A DNA stretch of 64,000 bases from Planctomycetota bacterium (GCA_965223265.1 OZ244999.1:8224001-8288000), one strand, 5' to 3'; counted from the stretch's first letter, positions 28,980 through 39,988 are shown. Numbers and translations are program-made. Notes: generated from the sequence alone by a model not told the origin.

Positions 28980-31346
28980 GTGACGATCAGACGACCGGCG
29001 CTCTGGTTTCTCTTCTGCACTGCGATTGGCTGTGGTCGCTGCGTGCTTGCCGAGGAACACCCACATGTCCGCGCGCGGGCAGCAGGGCTGGTCGTAGCGT
29101 TCGAGTCGTTGGCGCCGGGCGCCAAGAAGTTCTCTCGCGCTGCAGGCTCGTTCCTGACGCGTGATGCGCGCGTCGCGCGTCTCGTCGCGTTGTCACTTCC
29201 GCGTGGGTTTGCGCCGACGCCATTTCTTGCGTCGGGTCCGTTTCGGGCAACGTGGGAAGGAGCCCTCGACGTCGAGTTCTTCGACGACTTCACGTTTTCG
29301 GTGCAGGGTCAAGGTCGAGTCTCGCTTGAGATCGATGGCAACACGGTGCTCGCCGGTGAGGGTGATGACCTCAGCCGCCTCGAGCCGGCCACAGTGGAGC
29401 TCGAGGGTGGGCTGCGTCATCTCGTCGTGCGCTATGAGACGCCGCCCGACGGCACGGCGGATTTCCGGCTCGAATGGGCGTCGATCGATTTCCTCCCCGA
29501 ACCGATTCCGCCAACTGCCTTACGTCATGACGCGGATCATCCCCTCCTCACCGCGAGTCGCGCGCTGCGGCACGGCCGCGAGCTGTTCGCGCTGCGGCGC
29601 TGCGTCCGATGTCATCGTCCAGCGAATGAGATGACCACAGCGCGCATGCCTGAACTCGACGCCGACGCGCCAGCGCTCAGCGGTGTTGGCAGTCGATTGA
29701 AACAGCGCTGGATGGAGGAGTGGATCCGTGATCCGCACGCGAACCGCTCAAACGCCACCATGCCGCGCTTGGTCTCGGAGCGCGAGGCGACCGATCTTGC
29801 GGCGTTTCTCGCCGCGTCTGGCGGTGACGAGAGCCAGCGCGAAGAAAAGGCAAAAGATGGCGGTGCAGAGGCTGTGACCGCGACGGAAGAGCGCGCCACG
29901 GTCGGCAAAACGCTCTTTGATCGTCTCGGCTGCGTCGCCTGTCACGTGCGTCAGGCGCTGGCGGGCGGCGTCGATGGGCGCGGGCGCATTTCGTTGGCGC
30001 ACGTACCGGCAAAGTGGCACGCAGCGGCGCTGCAGCGATTCCTTCTTCGGCCGGAAGAACATTATGAATGGATTCGGATGCCGAACTTTTTGCTCTCGGA
30101 GAGCGAAGCCGAGGCGCTGGGTGCTCTTTTGATGGCGGAGACGGAGACGGAGTCAGAATCAGAGACGGAGTCAGAGTCAGAGACGGAGACAGAGTCAGAG
30201 ACGGAGACAGACACGGAGTCAGAGTCAGAGTCAGAGACAGAGACAGCGTCAGAGACAGCGTCGGACTCAGAATTGGATACAGACTTGCCGACGCTCACTG
30301 TATCTGAATCCGGTTCTGTCTCTGACTTTGATTCTGTCTCGGCTCCCGACTCCGACGCCGACTCGGCCCCGCAAACGCCCTCGCCGACTCCCACCGACAC
30401 CCCCGTCGCCCGCGGCCGCCTCCTCATCTCCACCCGCGGCTGCCTGCAGTGCCACGCGTTCGATGGTTTGGAATCGCGCTACGACCCCGCGCCAAATCTC
30501 GCGCAGCTGTTCGCTGGGGATTGGCGCCGCGGTTGTCTGAGTAGCGGTGAATCCGCCGTCGGTCGAGCGCCGCGTTTTGACTTTGCGCCGGCGGAGCTGG
30601 CGGCGCTGCGAGCGTTTGGGCGTGTGGGCGACGCATCACTTGCGCGCCTCAGTGAGGTCGAGTTCGCGGAGCGTCAGATCGCCGCGCTGCGCTGTCAGAG
30701 CTGCCACCCGCGCGACGGACGCGTCGACGATTGGACGCAGCTCACCGTTGGCGACGACGAAGCCGCCGCGGTTGCCATCGCGCTTGGGGAGACCGAAGGC
30801 AAGATCTTGCAGATCCGTCCGCACCTGACCTGGGTGGGCGAGAAACTCCGCAGCGACTGGCTGGCGGCGTTTCTTGGCGGCGAGGTGAAGTATCAACTGC
30901 GTTCATGGTTTGACGCTCGCATGCCGAAGTTCTCGTCGCGCGCCGAGCTCATCGCGCGCGGCCTGGCGATGTCGCACGGGATCGCGCCGGTGCCTCAACC
31001 GCTGCCGTCGAGCGATCCGGAGATGGCGAAGATCGGCCGGCGTCTTATGCTGCAGGACGGTGGCTTCGCCTGCGCCGCGTGCCATGACATCGGTGCGCAC
31101 AAAGCGGTTGGCGTTTTCGATGCCAAGGGGACTAATTTCATGTACGTGGCGGAACGGCTGCGCAAAGAGTTTTTTCATCGCTGGATGCTCAATCCGACGC
31201 GACTGGCACCGGAGACGAAGATGCCGCAGTTCGCTGGCGTCGACGGGCGTTCACCGCTGAGTGGTTACTACGACGGCGACGCTCGGAAGCAGTTCGAAGC
31301 GATCTGGCAGTACTTTCTCGACGGGCGTAAGATGGCGCCGCCGTAG
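28980..31346 (+). CDS. Exported PA14-domain multi-c-type cytochrome (5 CxxCH) with an internal acidic E-T/E-S low-complexity insert
   Basis: GTG start then signal peptide; FRATWEGAL (PA14-like); CVRCH, CVACH, CLQCH, CQSCH, CAACH with downstream MP ligand motifs. Confidence 0.82.
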   Translation: MTIRRPALWFLFCTAIGCGRCVLAEEHPHVRARAAGLVVAFESLAPGAKKFSRAAGSFLTRDARVARLVALSLPRGFAPTPFLASGPFRATWEGALDVEFFDDFTFSVQGQGRVSLEIDGNTVLAGEGDDLSRLEPATVELEGGLRHLVVRYETPPDGTADFRLEWASIDFLPEPIPPTALRHDADHPLLTASRALRHGRELFALRRCVRCHRPANEMTTARMPELDADAPALSGVGSRLKQRWMEEWIRDPHANRSNATMPRLVSEREATDLAAFLAASGGDESQREEKAKDGGAEAVTATEERATVGKTLFDRLGCVACHVRQALAGGVDGRGRISLAHVPAKWHAAALQRFLLRPEEHYEWIRMPNFLLSESEAEALGALLMAETETESESETESESETETESETETDTESESESETETASETASDSELDTDLPTLTVSESGSVSDFDSVSAPDSDADSAPQTPSPTPTDTPVARGRLLISTRGCLQCHAFDGLESRYDPAPNLAQLFAGDWRRGCLSSGESAVGRAPRFDFAPAELAALRAFGRVGDASLARLSEVEFAERQIAALRCQSCHPRDGRVDDWTQLTVGDDEAAAVAIALGETEGKILQIRPHLTWVGEKLRSDWLAAFLGGEVKYQLRSWFDARMPKFSSRAELIARGLAMSHGIAPVPQPLPSSDPEMAKIGRRLMLQDGGFACAACHDIGAHKAVGVFDAKGTNFMYVAERLRKEFFHRWMLNPTRLAPETKMPQFAGVDGRSPLSGYYDGDARKQFEAIWQYFLDGRKMAPP
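30138..30365. repeat. Hexamer microsatellite (GAGWCR)n followed by its degenerate reverse complement; in-frame imperfect palindrome
   Basis: GAGACG/GAGTCA/GAGACA runs, then GATACAG-15 nt-CTGTATC centre, then TCTGTCTCTGACTTTGATTCTGTCTC. Confidence 0.8.
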
Positions 31347-31409
31347 AGACCGCTTTCCGAATCTCGCCTCCATCTTCCCATTCGAAAATCCCGTGTTGTT
31401 GAGTCCCCC

Positions 31410-34400
31410 ATGTCGTTAACACCATCGTCACGCGGGTGGGCGCGCACGCCTGTCCAGTCTTGCCTCGTCTTTGCAAAACTTGCCGTAGGCTTCATTGCCC
31501 TCGTGCTGGCGGGCGAGCTATTTCTCGCCGCTGCCTGCGGTGGACTCGACGCTGCGGGAGCGGCGGAGACCACTCCGACGGGCAAACGATGGGTCGACAT
31601 GAACTACGGGCCGTTTCTGACGGCGTCGATCGAAGCGCCACGCCCTGAGCGCAATATCGCGCAGAAGGGGCTGGCTATCCGCGTGGGCGGCACGACGATG
31701 CACGCCGCCGGCAGTGAAGATGCCGCGACGATGCTTTTCGACACCGACCTGCTGCGCTACTCGGTCGCGTGGAGTGGCGGTTTTCTTGAAATGAGCAACA
31801 TCGCCTGGGATGGCAGCCACGGCACGCATCCCCGTTTGCAAGGGGACGTGAGCTTCGTCCATCGCGTCGCACCGGGTTGGGCGCGTCCAGGGACGCTCGA
31901 CGACTTTACGGATCCACGCACGCTACCGTACGGTCCGCTGCCACGGTCGTGGGCGCGTTTCGGTGGGCTTTACGTTCACGGCAGCAAGGTTGTTGTTGAG
32001 TACACGGTCGGCGACACGCGCGTTCGCGAACTACCGGGCCTCGAAGAGGCTTGGGGTCTGCGTCTCTTCACACGCACGATCAACGTTGATCGCCTCTCCG
32101 CACCCCGTGTTCTGCAGGTCTGCGAACGTGAAGGTGCAGCGGTCGAGTTTCGGTCGCACGTCGGGCTCGAGCGCGTCGGCGCTTTCGGCCGCGCCACCGA
32201 TCGTTTGGTGGTCGCGCGCGATGGCGAATCAGTACTTGCAGTCGCGTGTCGTGGAGCTCCGCAGGGAGCTCGCTGGGTGGTGACCGATGATGCGGTGCGT
32301 TTGCTTCTGCCGCGAAGTGGAAGCGATGGAGCGGCGGAGTTTCGGCTTTTCGTCTGGCGCGGCGCTTTCAACGACCTGCCCAAGTTTGCCGCGATCATTC
32401 ACTCGGCGCGAGCAGAGCAGGGCCTCGACTTGGAGCTGCTGACGCGCGGCGGTCCGCCACGATGGCCGGAGGTACTGGAGACGCGGGGCAAGCTCGGTCC
32501 TGAAAGTCCGGCGTACACGGTGGATGAACTCACCGTGCCGGCGGAGAACCCGTGGAACTCATGGATGCGCCTCGGCGGTTTCGATTTTTTCGACGATGGC
32601 GAACGTGCGGCGGTGTGTACGTGGATGGGCGACGTTTGGCTGGTGAGTGGCATCGGCGAGAAGCTTGAGAACCTTCGCTGGCAGCGAATCGCAACAGGGC
32701 TGTTTCAGCCGCTTGGTCTCAAGATCGTCGACAGCAAGATCTACGTCCTCGGACGTGATCAGATCTCAATCCTTCACGACCTCAACGGCGACGGTGAAGC
32801 CGACTTCTACGAGAATTTCAACAACGACCACGAAGTGACTGAACACTTTCACGAGTTCGCCATGGATCTGCAGCAAAACGTGGAGGGCGACTTCTACTAC
32901 ATGAAGGGAGCTCGTCACGGTAAGGACTCGGTCGTGCCCCAGCATGGGACGGTGCTCAAAGTTTCAAAGGATGGTCGTGAGACACGGATCGTCGCCAACG
33001 GTTTTCGCGCTCCGAACGGTCTCTGCATCAACCCCGACGGCTCGTTGATCTCGAGCGATCAGGAGGGTCACTGGACCCCCGCCAACCGCATCAATTGGAT
33101 CCAGCCGGGCGGTTTCTACGGTTATATGTGGTCGTATCATCGAGGCGAACGGCCAACGTCGCCCGCTCCGCCGCTCTGTTATATCCACCCGAAGTCTGAT
33201 CGCTCGCCCGCGGCGCAGCTCTGGGTGACCAGCGATCGTTGGGGACCCCTCAACGGCAAGCTGATCTCACTTTCGTACGGCACCGGGAACGTTTACCACG
33301 TTCTGCACGAGAGAGTGAGCGGGCAAGTGCAGGGTGGCGTCGTCAAATTGCCGATCGCGATGTTCCCGACGGGAGTCATGCGCGGGCGCTTTCATGCCGA
33401 TGATGGCCAGCTCTATGTCGCAGGACTCTACGGTTGGGCGGGGAATCGTACGGTCGCGGGTGGGTTCTATCGCATTCGCTACACCGGGAATTCGCTTTGC
33501 GTCCCGCTTCGCCTCGAAGCGAAGCGGGACGGCGTCCTGATCACGTTTAGCTCCCCGCTCGACACGCGGCGATCGATCCCAGCGTCGCGCTTCGCAGTGG
33601 AGCGTTGGAACTACAAGTGGCAGGAGCAGTACGGCTCGAAGGACTATCGTTTGAGTGATGGCGAGATTGGACGCGACAGCGTCGCCGTCGATGCAGTGCG
33701 CGTGAGCCGTGATGGCCGGAGCGTGTTTCTGGCGATCGATGACATGAAGCCGTGCATGCAGATGCGGATCGTCTACCGATTGCGGGCCGCCGATGGCGCT
33801 CGCGTCGCCGACGAGATTTATCACACGATCCATGCGCTTGCGGACGGCGGGGCACACCACGATCTCTTCGCCGCAGCTAGTCACGACGATGCGAGGACCG
33901 CGACTGCCGAAACCAAGGCCACCCACCGAAGCGCGCCGACCAAAACGGGGCAGCGCTGGCTCGACATGAACTATGGGCCCTACCTCACCGCGTCGATCGA
34001 GTCTCCGCGACCGACGATGAACCACGCGCAGAAGGGGCTGGCTCTGCGCGTCGGTGGCGATCAGCGCACGGCGGCCGGTAACGACGCTCACGCGACGCTG
34101 CTCTTCGACACCGATCTTCTTCGTTTCGCCAGCGGCTGGACGGGCGACTTTCTCGAGATGGTGAGCTGCGTGTACAACGGCCAGCATGGGACCGGGTCGC
34201 ACCCTTCCGTGCGCGGCGAGTGTGTCTTCGTCAATCGACCGGGCCCGGGCTGGGCGCGACCAACATCCGCAGGCGGTGGTGAAAACGTCTTCGACGACCC
34301 GCGCGAGTTACCATACGGCCCACTGCCGCGCGACTGGGCTCGCTATCGCGGTCTGTACCTGCACGGGGACAAAACCGTTGTCTCGTACACCGTTGGCAGC

Positions 34401-37007
34401 ATGGACGTGCTCGAGATGGGCGAGGTGCTCGAAGCGCAGACGCCGCGTGCCTTCGCGCGTCATCTGCGAGTTGGCCCGGCCGCCGAGACGCACGTGCTGC
34501 AGGTGTGTGAGCGCGAGGGGGCTCAAGCGACGATCCTATCGTCTTCCGATGCTCTGCTCCGAGGCGACGCAAACGAAACGTCAGCGAGCAGCCGGGCCGA
34601 CCCGCGTCGAGTCGTGGACGCTGATGCTGCACCCGCGACGGTGGGCATCGACCGCTGGATCGTTCTCGGTGATCTGTCTGCTGCGGAAGCTGCTAGCGAG
34701 GAGCCGTCAGAGCTGCAGGAGAAACTTCTGTTTCACTACAGGTGCGCGTCCGCTGTGGGTCTCAAAGTCGTCAACGCCGTGCGCGATGCGTTTCACGGCG
34801 AGATCAAAGGTGTTCGGCGCACGACGACGGGCCACGGCGGTGGTGAGAACGGCGCACTTTGGTTCTACGAGAAGCGCAGCGGTGGCAATCAGGTCATCGT
34901 TGCGGATGGTTCGGCGTTTGACCTTGGTGCGAATGATTTCAGCTGTACCGCGTGGGTGAACACCAGCGTCGGCGGCACGATCCTGGCGAAAACGGGCAAA
35001 CGCTGGGGCCCTGGCGCGAAGTCGTTCTTTATCCGAGATGGCCGGCTCGTTTTCGCTAGTGGCGACGGCGGTGAGGTCACGGGTTCGCGACGTGTCGACG
35101 ATGATCATTGGCATCACGTCGCGCTGACGTTCGAAGCGACCACGCGGCGCGCTCGACTATTCGTCAACGGCGAAGTCGACGCGGAAGGCACGCTGGACTC
35201 GGTCGGTCCAGACACGAGCGAGCAACTTCTTCGCATCGGTTTTACGGCAGGGCGTTTTCCGGAGCAGACGAGGTTCATCGGTCTCGTCGATGAGGTGCGA
35301 CTCTATGAGCGCGTGCTCGACGCGCGACTCGTTCGCAAGGTTTCGTTGTTGCCGACAGTCGCGCCGCGCGTCGTGGCGGTGGCGGCTGCGGCGGACGAGG
35401 CCGTCGGCGCGACGTGGCGTCTCGAGGACGACGCCGTGCGCCTCCGGATCCCGGCGCACGACGAGTCCGTGCCTCTGAAGATTCTCCTCTGGCGTGGAAG
35501 ACTTGCCGAGCTCGAACGGTTCGCCTCTCACGTCCAGCAGGCAAGAACAGTCGATCTGGAAGCGCTGACGCGCGGCGGGCCGCCGCGATGGCCGGAGAAA
35601 CTTGTCACCAAGGGCAAACTCGGCCCGGAGACGAGCGCCTACACCGCGGACACCTTGACGTTGCCGGAGAAGAACCCGTGGGATGCGTGGATGCGTCTCG
35701 GCGGCTTGGATTTCTTCGCGAATGGCGACCGTGCCGCGGTCTGCACCTGGAGCGGCGATGTCTGGCTCGTCGACGGCGTCGATGGTGATCTCAGCGAACT
35801 GAGATGGCAGCGCATCGCGACAGGACTCTTTCAGCCGCTCGGGATGAAGATCGTGCGTGACGACATTTACGTGCTCGGACGCGATCAGATCACGATCCTT
35901 CGCGACCTCAACGGCGACGGCGAGACCGATTTCTACGAGACCTTCAACAACGACCATGAGGTGACGGAGCATTTCCACGAGTTCGCCATGGATCTGCAGA
36001 CCGACGCCGCCGGCGACTTCTACTACGCCAAAGGCGCACGTCACGGCAAGAGGGCGATCACCCGCCGACACGGTACGATCATCAAGGTGAGTGCGGACGG
36101 CCAATCGTCCGAGATCATGGCGTACGGTTTCCGCGCCAACAACGGACTGTGCGTCAATCCCGACGGCTCGTTTCTTACCAGCGATCAAGAAGGCACATGG
36201 ACGCCCGCCAACCGCATCAACTGGGTTCGGCGAGGTGGTTTTTACGGACACATGTGGTGCGTACATCCGGGAGTGCCGCCAACTACGTACGACGGGCCGC
36301 TCCTCTGGCTCCATCCGGACTTCGATGGCTCTCCCGCCGCGCAGGTGTGGGCAGAGAGCGACCGCTGGGGCCCGCTCAGCGGAAAACTCCTGTCGCTGTC
36401 GTACGGTTTCGGTCACGTCCATCACGTCATGACCGAGGAGGTCGACGGCAAGATGCAGGGCGCGGCGTTTCGCCTGCCTCTCCCCGAGTTTCCGACCGGA
36501 GTCATGCGTGGCCGTTTCCATCAGGGGAGCGGGCAACTCTATCTCTGCGGGCTCTTTGGCTGGGGAAGTCAGCGTTCGCATCCGGGTGGTTTCTATCGTG
36601 TGCGCTACACGGGCGAGCCGATTTGCATCCCAGTCGGATTCTCGGCGCGCCAGGGTGGCGTGGTCATCCGTTTGAGCGAGCCGATCGACAGGCGCCGCGC
36701 TGCGAATCCGAAGCGTTTCGTGGTCGAGCGCTGGAACTACAAGTGGACGCAAAGCTACGGCTCGAAGGACTACAAGTTGAGCGACGGCTCGATCGGCCGC
36801 GACCGCGTTCCCATCGACGCGGTGCGCGTCTCGAAGGATGGCCAGACGCTCTTTCTCGAAATCGCGGACATGCAGCCGGTGATGCAAATGCGCGTTCAGT
36901 ACCGCATCGCAACCGAAAGCGGCAAGCCGGTGCGGCACGAGATCCTGAGCACTGTGCACGCGCTCCATAGTGGTGAGGATCACCTGCAGCAGTTCGAGAC
37001 CGATTGA
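31410..37007 (+). CDS. Tandem-duplicated DUF6797-like / sugar-dehydrogenase-type beta-propeller protein with a LamG insert
   Basis: Two homologous halves starting WVDMNYGPFL and WLDMNYGPYL, each with GDVWLV, ATGLFQPLG, HFHEFAMDL, SDQEGxWTPANRINW, RGRFH; LamG (FSCTAWV...FIGLVDEVRLY) only in the second half. Confidence 0.72.
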   Translation: MSLTPSSRGWARTPVQSCLVFAKLAVGFIALVLAGELFLAAACGGLDAAGAAETTPTGKRWVDMNYGPFLTASIEAPRPERNIAQKGLAIRVGGTTMHAAGSEDAATMLFDTDLLRYSVAWSGGFLEMSNIAWDGSHGTHPRLQGDVSFVHRVAPGWARPGTLDDFTDPRTLPYGPLPRSWARFGGLYVHGSKVVVEYTVGDTRVRELPGLEEAWGLRLFTRTINVDRLSAPRVLQVCEREGAAVEFRSHVGLERVGAFGRATDRLVVARDGESVLAVACRGAPQGARWVVTDDAVRLLLPRSGSDGAAEFRLFVWRGAFNDLPKFAAIIHSARAEQGLDLELLTRGGPPRWPEVLETRGKLGPESPAYTVDELTVPAENPWNSWMRLGGFDFFDDGERAAVCTWMGDVWLVSGIGEKLENLRWQRIATGLFQPLGLKIVDSKIYVLGRDQISILHDLNGDGEADFYENFNNDHEVTEHFHEFAMDLQQNVEGDFYYMKGARHGKDSVVPQHGTVLKVSKDGRETRIVANGFRAPNGLCINPDGSLISSDQEGHWTPANRINWIQPGGFYGYMWSYHRGERPTSPAPPLCYIHPKSDRSPAAQLWVTSDRWGPLNGKLISLSYGTGNVYHVLHERVSGQVQGGVVKLPIAMFPTGVMRGRFHADDGQLYVAGLYGWAGNRTVAGGFYRIRYTGNSLCVPLRLEAKRDGVLITFSSPLDTRRSIPASRFAVERWNYKWQEQYGSKDYRLSDGEIGRDSVAVDAVRVSRDGRSVFLAIDDMKPCMQMRIVYRLRAADGARVADEIYHTIHALADGGAHHDLFAAASHDDARTATAETKATHRSAPTKTGQRWLDMNYGPYLTASIESPRPTMNHAQKGLALRVGGDQRTAAGNDAHATLLFDTDLLRFASGWTGDFLEMVSCVYNGQHGTGSHPSVRGECVFVNRPGPGWARPTSAGGGENVFDDPRELPYGPLPRDWARYRGLYLHGDKTVVSYTVGSMDVLEMGEVLEAQTPRAFARHLRVGPAAETHVLQVCEREGAQATILSSSDALLRGDANETSASSRADPRRVVDADAAPATVGIDRWIVLGDLSAAEAASEEPSELQEKLLFHYRCASAVGLKVVNAVRDAFHGEIKGVRRTTTGHGGGENGALWFYEKRSGGNQVIVADGSAFDLGANDFSCTAWVNTSVGGTILAKTGKRWGPGAKSFFIRDGRLVFASGDGGEVTGSRRVDDDHWHHVALTFEATTRRARLFVNGEVDAEGTLDSVGPDTSEQLLRIGFTAGRFPEQTRFIGLVDEVRLYERVLDARLVRKVSLLPTVAPRVVAVAAAADEAVGATWRLEDDAVRLRIPAHDESVPLKILLWRGRLAELERFASHVQQARTVDLEALTRGGPPRWPEKLVTKGKLGPETSAYTADTLTLPEKNPWDAWMRLGGLDFFANGDRAAVCTWSGDVWLVDGVDGDLSELRWQRIATGLFQPLGMKIVRDDIYVLGRDQITILRDLNGDGETDFYETFNNDHEVTEHFHEFAMDLQTDAAGDFYYAKGARHGKRAITRRHGTIIKVSADGQSSEIMAYGFRANNGLCVNPDGSFLTSDQEGTWTPANRINWVRRGGFYGHMWCVHPGVPPTTYDGPLLWLHPDFDGSPAAQVWAESDRWGPLSGKLLSLSYGFGHVHHVMTEEVDGKMQGAAFRLPLPEFPTGVMRGRFHQGSGQLYLCGLFGWGSQRSHPGGFYRVRYTGEPICIPVGFSARQGGVVIRLSEPIDRRRAANPKRFVVERWNYKWTQSYGSKDYKLSDGSIGRDRVPIDAVRVSKDGQTLFLEIADMQPVMQMRVQYRIATESGKPVRHEILSTVHALHSGEDHLQQFETD

Positions 37008-37239
37008 GTTCGGAGGTTCAGAGGCACAGCAGGAGAATTCGCTGACGCCGGAGTCGATGGTGAAAGAAGCTCGGCCGGTCGCGGCGGAGACGGGTGTCTC
37101 ATCGCGACCGGCCGAGCTGGAAGCACGTTGTGCTCGCCGAAGCGCGCGATCAGGCTCCGACGCTGCAAGGAATGGCAAGCACTTGCCGAGCCGAAGGCGT
37201 TTCTTGCTGTCTTATCTCTTGCAACGTCAGAGGTGAGGT

Positions 37240-39988
37240 TCAGAACATTCGTGGATACTTCAGCGCTGTGATCTCGACCTCGTAGTTGATTTCGACGCGA
37301 CCCTTCTCCAGGTCGTACGTCTCATTGCGGCCGTCGCCGTCGCGATCGTAGAGCGGGCCGATACACGGTCCGCCCCAGATGTCTCGGCAGTCGTCGCAGT
37401 CGCCACCCCACCAGCCGTTGACGACGACGCTGCGCGGCATGACGACACGGCGGGCGAGCTGACCGTCGGCGAGGACGATGTCGTCGTAGCCTTCGTAGGT
37501 CGTCGAACCGCTGATAAGGTCAGCGACGAAGTACGTCTGCGAATGAAGGCCGATGAGGTCGTTCGTCTCGTCCTCGCCATCCTTTTCCCAGACGCCGAGT
37601 TCGACGTAGAGCACCGGGCTGTCTTCACCGACTCCGCCCGAGTTCAGCGTCTCAGGCTGAATACGCAGACCGCCGACGAAAACGCGTTCGTCGCCTTCCT
37701 TCATCTCCCAGTAGGGGCTGCCACCCGGGAATCGGCTGGTGTCGCGCAGTTGGCGATCGTCGCGATAGAGCTGCGCGCGTGCTTCCATGAAGACGTCGTT
37801 GACGCCTTCGCCATTGCCTGAGCAATCCTCGTAGCCCATGAGCAGGCGGATCGACTTGACGCGAACGTTGTAACCGATCACGCGGGGACTCCCGACGCGT
37901 CGCGTCGCGACGTTGACCGTCACAGGTCCACGGTCGGCGTCGGCACCGCCGAGGGTGAATGGTCCTTGCGTACTGCCAATGCCCCAGCCCAGAGCTGACG
38001 CGGTGCGGTTGTGCGTGAACAGCCGGCGACCGAGGAAGTCGTCATCCTCGCCGAGAGAGTCCTTGACCATGGACTCAAGAGACTGTGCCAGCGTCGTCGA
38101 GCCTTTGCAGCCGGCGTCGACGCCAGCTTGCGTGGCGCCGTAGCACAGGAGTGCGCCGGCTGCGACGTCGACGTAGTCGCTCCACCAGCGGGCCTCGTCG
38201 GCTTCGATCGCCGCGAACGCCGCTTCGAACGACTCGGAGTACGTGCCCTCAAAGCTGGCGCAGCGCTGCATGCATGCCTCAGGATCGACGGCGGCCATGC
38301 ATTCCTCCGCGCACTCGATCGGGTCCATGCGACTCTCGCTGCCGATGAAAAGTGGCACGTCCGGCTTGACGATCGTGTCGTCTGCCGCCGTTAGGTGCGC
38401 CGATCCTTCGCGACCACCTGGATAGTGACCGGCAAATTCAACTGGGAAGCTGAACGAACCATCCACGCGTTCCGTGGGCGAGCCGAAGTAGCTGTTGAAG
38501 GTGAAGCTCATCTCCGGACTGTCGTCGGAGTCCTCACCATTGCCGATGACGTGCATTTCACTCAGGCGTGAGGCGATGTACGCGGGTCGCACGAACACGG
38601 TGACGGGCGCGCTCTGGCAGGCGACCTCGGGGCAGCCGTCCGTGCACGTCGGGGAGTTCTCGTCGACCGGAAAGACCGTGATCTCATACTCTCCCGACGG
38701 CGCGTCGATCGGAATCTCGAAGTCGAGGAAGTCACCGAGCTCGTCGTCGCGGCGCGGGCGAGCGTTGGCGCACGCGCAGTGGATGAGCTCGCGCTCGAAG
38801 CTGAAGGGGATGACGCCGTTTTCATCGAAGAGAGGACCTTGGGTGTACTTGTAGCCACGCATGACGACTCGGTAGAGACTGCCCGGGAAGGAACCTGCGA
38901 GAGCGACGTGATCACCGTCGGTGACGAAGTCGCGACCAGGCCCATAGACGACGGGCACGCTGAGGCAGTTCACAGGATCTTCGCCGCCCACGAACATGAA
39001 GTTGAGCAGCGCGAGACCGTCAGCGATGTCGAGGCCACCGTCGCGGTTGAAGTCCGAGTAGGAAAGGAATCGCCGTGGCGCCACCCACGAACAAGTAGTT
39101 GAGAATGTTGATGGCGTCGGCGATGTCCCGGGAGCCGTCTCCATTGCTGTCTCCGAGGCGGTCGAGCGCTGCGTCGACGCGCACGACCGACGTTCTGACC
39201 TGGTCGCCGCTGGTCGCAAACACGATGGCGCGCGTCCCCTTGGCGGCGTGGGAGCGGATCTCGAACGTGGCGCGCTTTTGACCGCCGCTGACGAGCACGA
39301 AACCTGGGACGTCGAGCACCGCGGGTTCAGACGTGTAGAGGCGAACCGGAACAACCTTGCCTTGCGGCACGGTTTGGCGCAGCTCCACGACACCAGCCAT
39401 CGTCGAGCCATCACCGACCATGCGAGAGTCGTCAAATGTGACTGCGACGAGGTTGCCCGCCGGCTCCAGACATTCATCCGTCCAGTCATACTCGACGAGC
39501 TTCGCCTTGGTCAGCTCGGGGCTGGTGTGAACCAGATTGCCCGTGCCGACTTCATACACCTTGAGGATGAAATGATCGCTGCTTTCGATGCTGCACGCGT
39601 TTTCAGGCGCGAGCGGCGGGCCGAGTGCGACATTATAGTGACCTTCAGCGTCCGTAAGGGTCGAACCGATCAGATAGAACTCATCGCGGGGTAGACACAT
39701 CGGCACGACGATCGGGCCGGGATCGGGAATAGGAAAGTCGCCGACGATCTTTTGTGTTTTCGTGGCGTCCTCACGATCGTTGTCGGCGCCAGCGGCCTTC
39801 GCAGTCAAGGTCTCCAAACGGCCGATGGAGATTTTGAGGTAGGCGCTGACGCGGTAGCCTTCAACTCCTAAACCGCAGCGGACGATCTGACCTTCTGCGC
39901 GGTCGAAAAACGAAAGCTGGGCAGCGACTGGGCGACAAAATATGGCGAGCAAGAGCGTGAGAAGTTAGAGGCGGAAAGCGACTTTCAT
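37240..39988 (-). pseudogene. Secreted protein with an internal dockerin-like domain, broken by a nonsense codon and a frameshift
   Basis: RBS AGGAG + ATG 39988: MKVAFRL*(TAA 39965-39967)LLTLLLAIFCRPVAAQ; frameshift ~39060 splits the dockerin halves GDSNGDGSRDIADA / SDFNRDGGLDIADG. Confidence 0.72.

Noticed and set aside
35157-37178. 673-aa minus-strand ORF
   Set aside because: Antisense shadow of the DUF6797-type gene
39965-39967. Recoded stop (Sec/Pyl) in the signal peptide
   Set aside because: The codon is TAA, not TGA or TAG, and a second lesion (frameshift) points to decay or error
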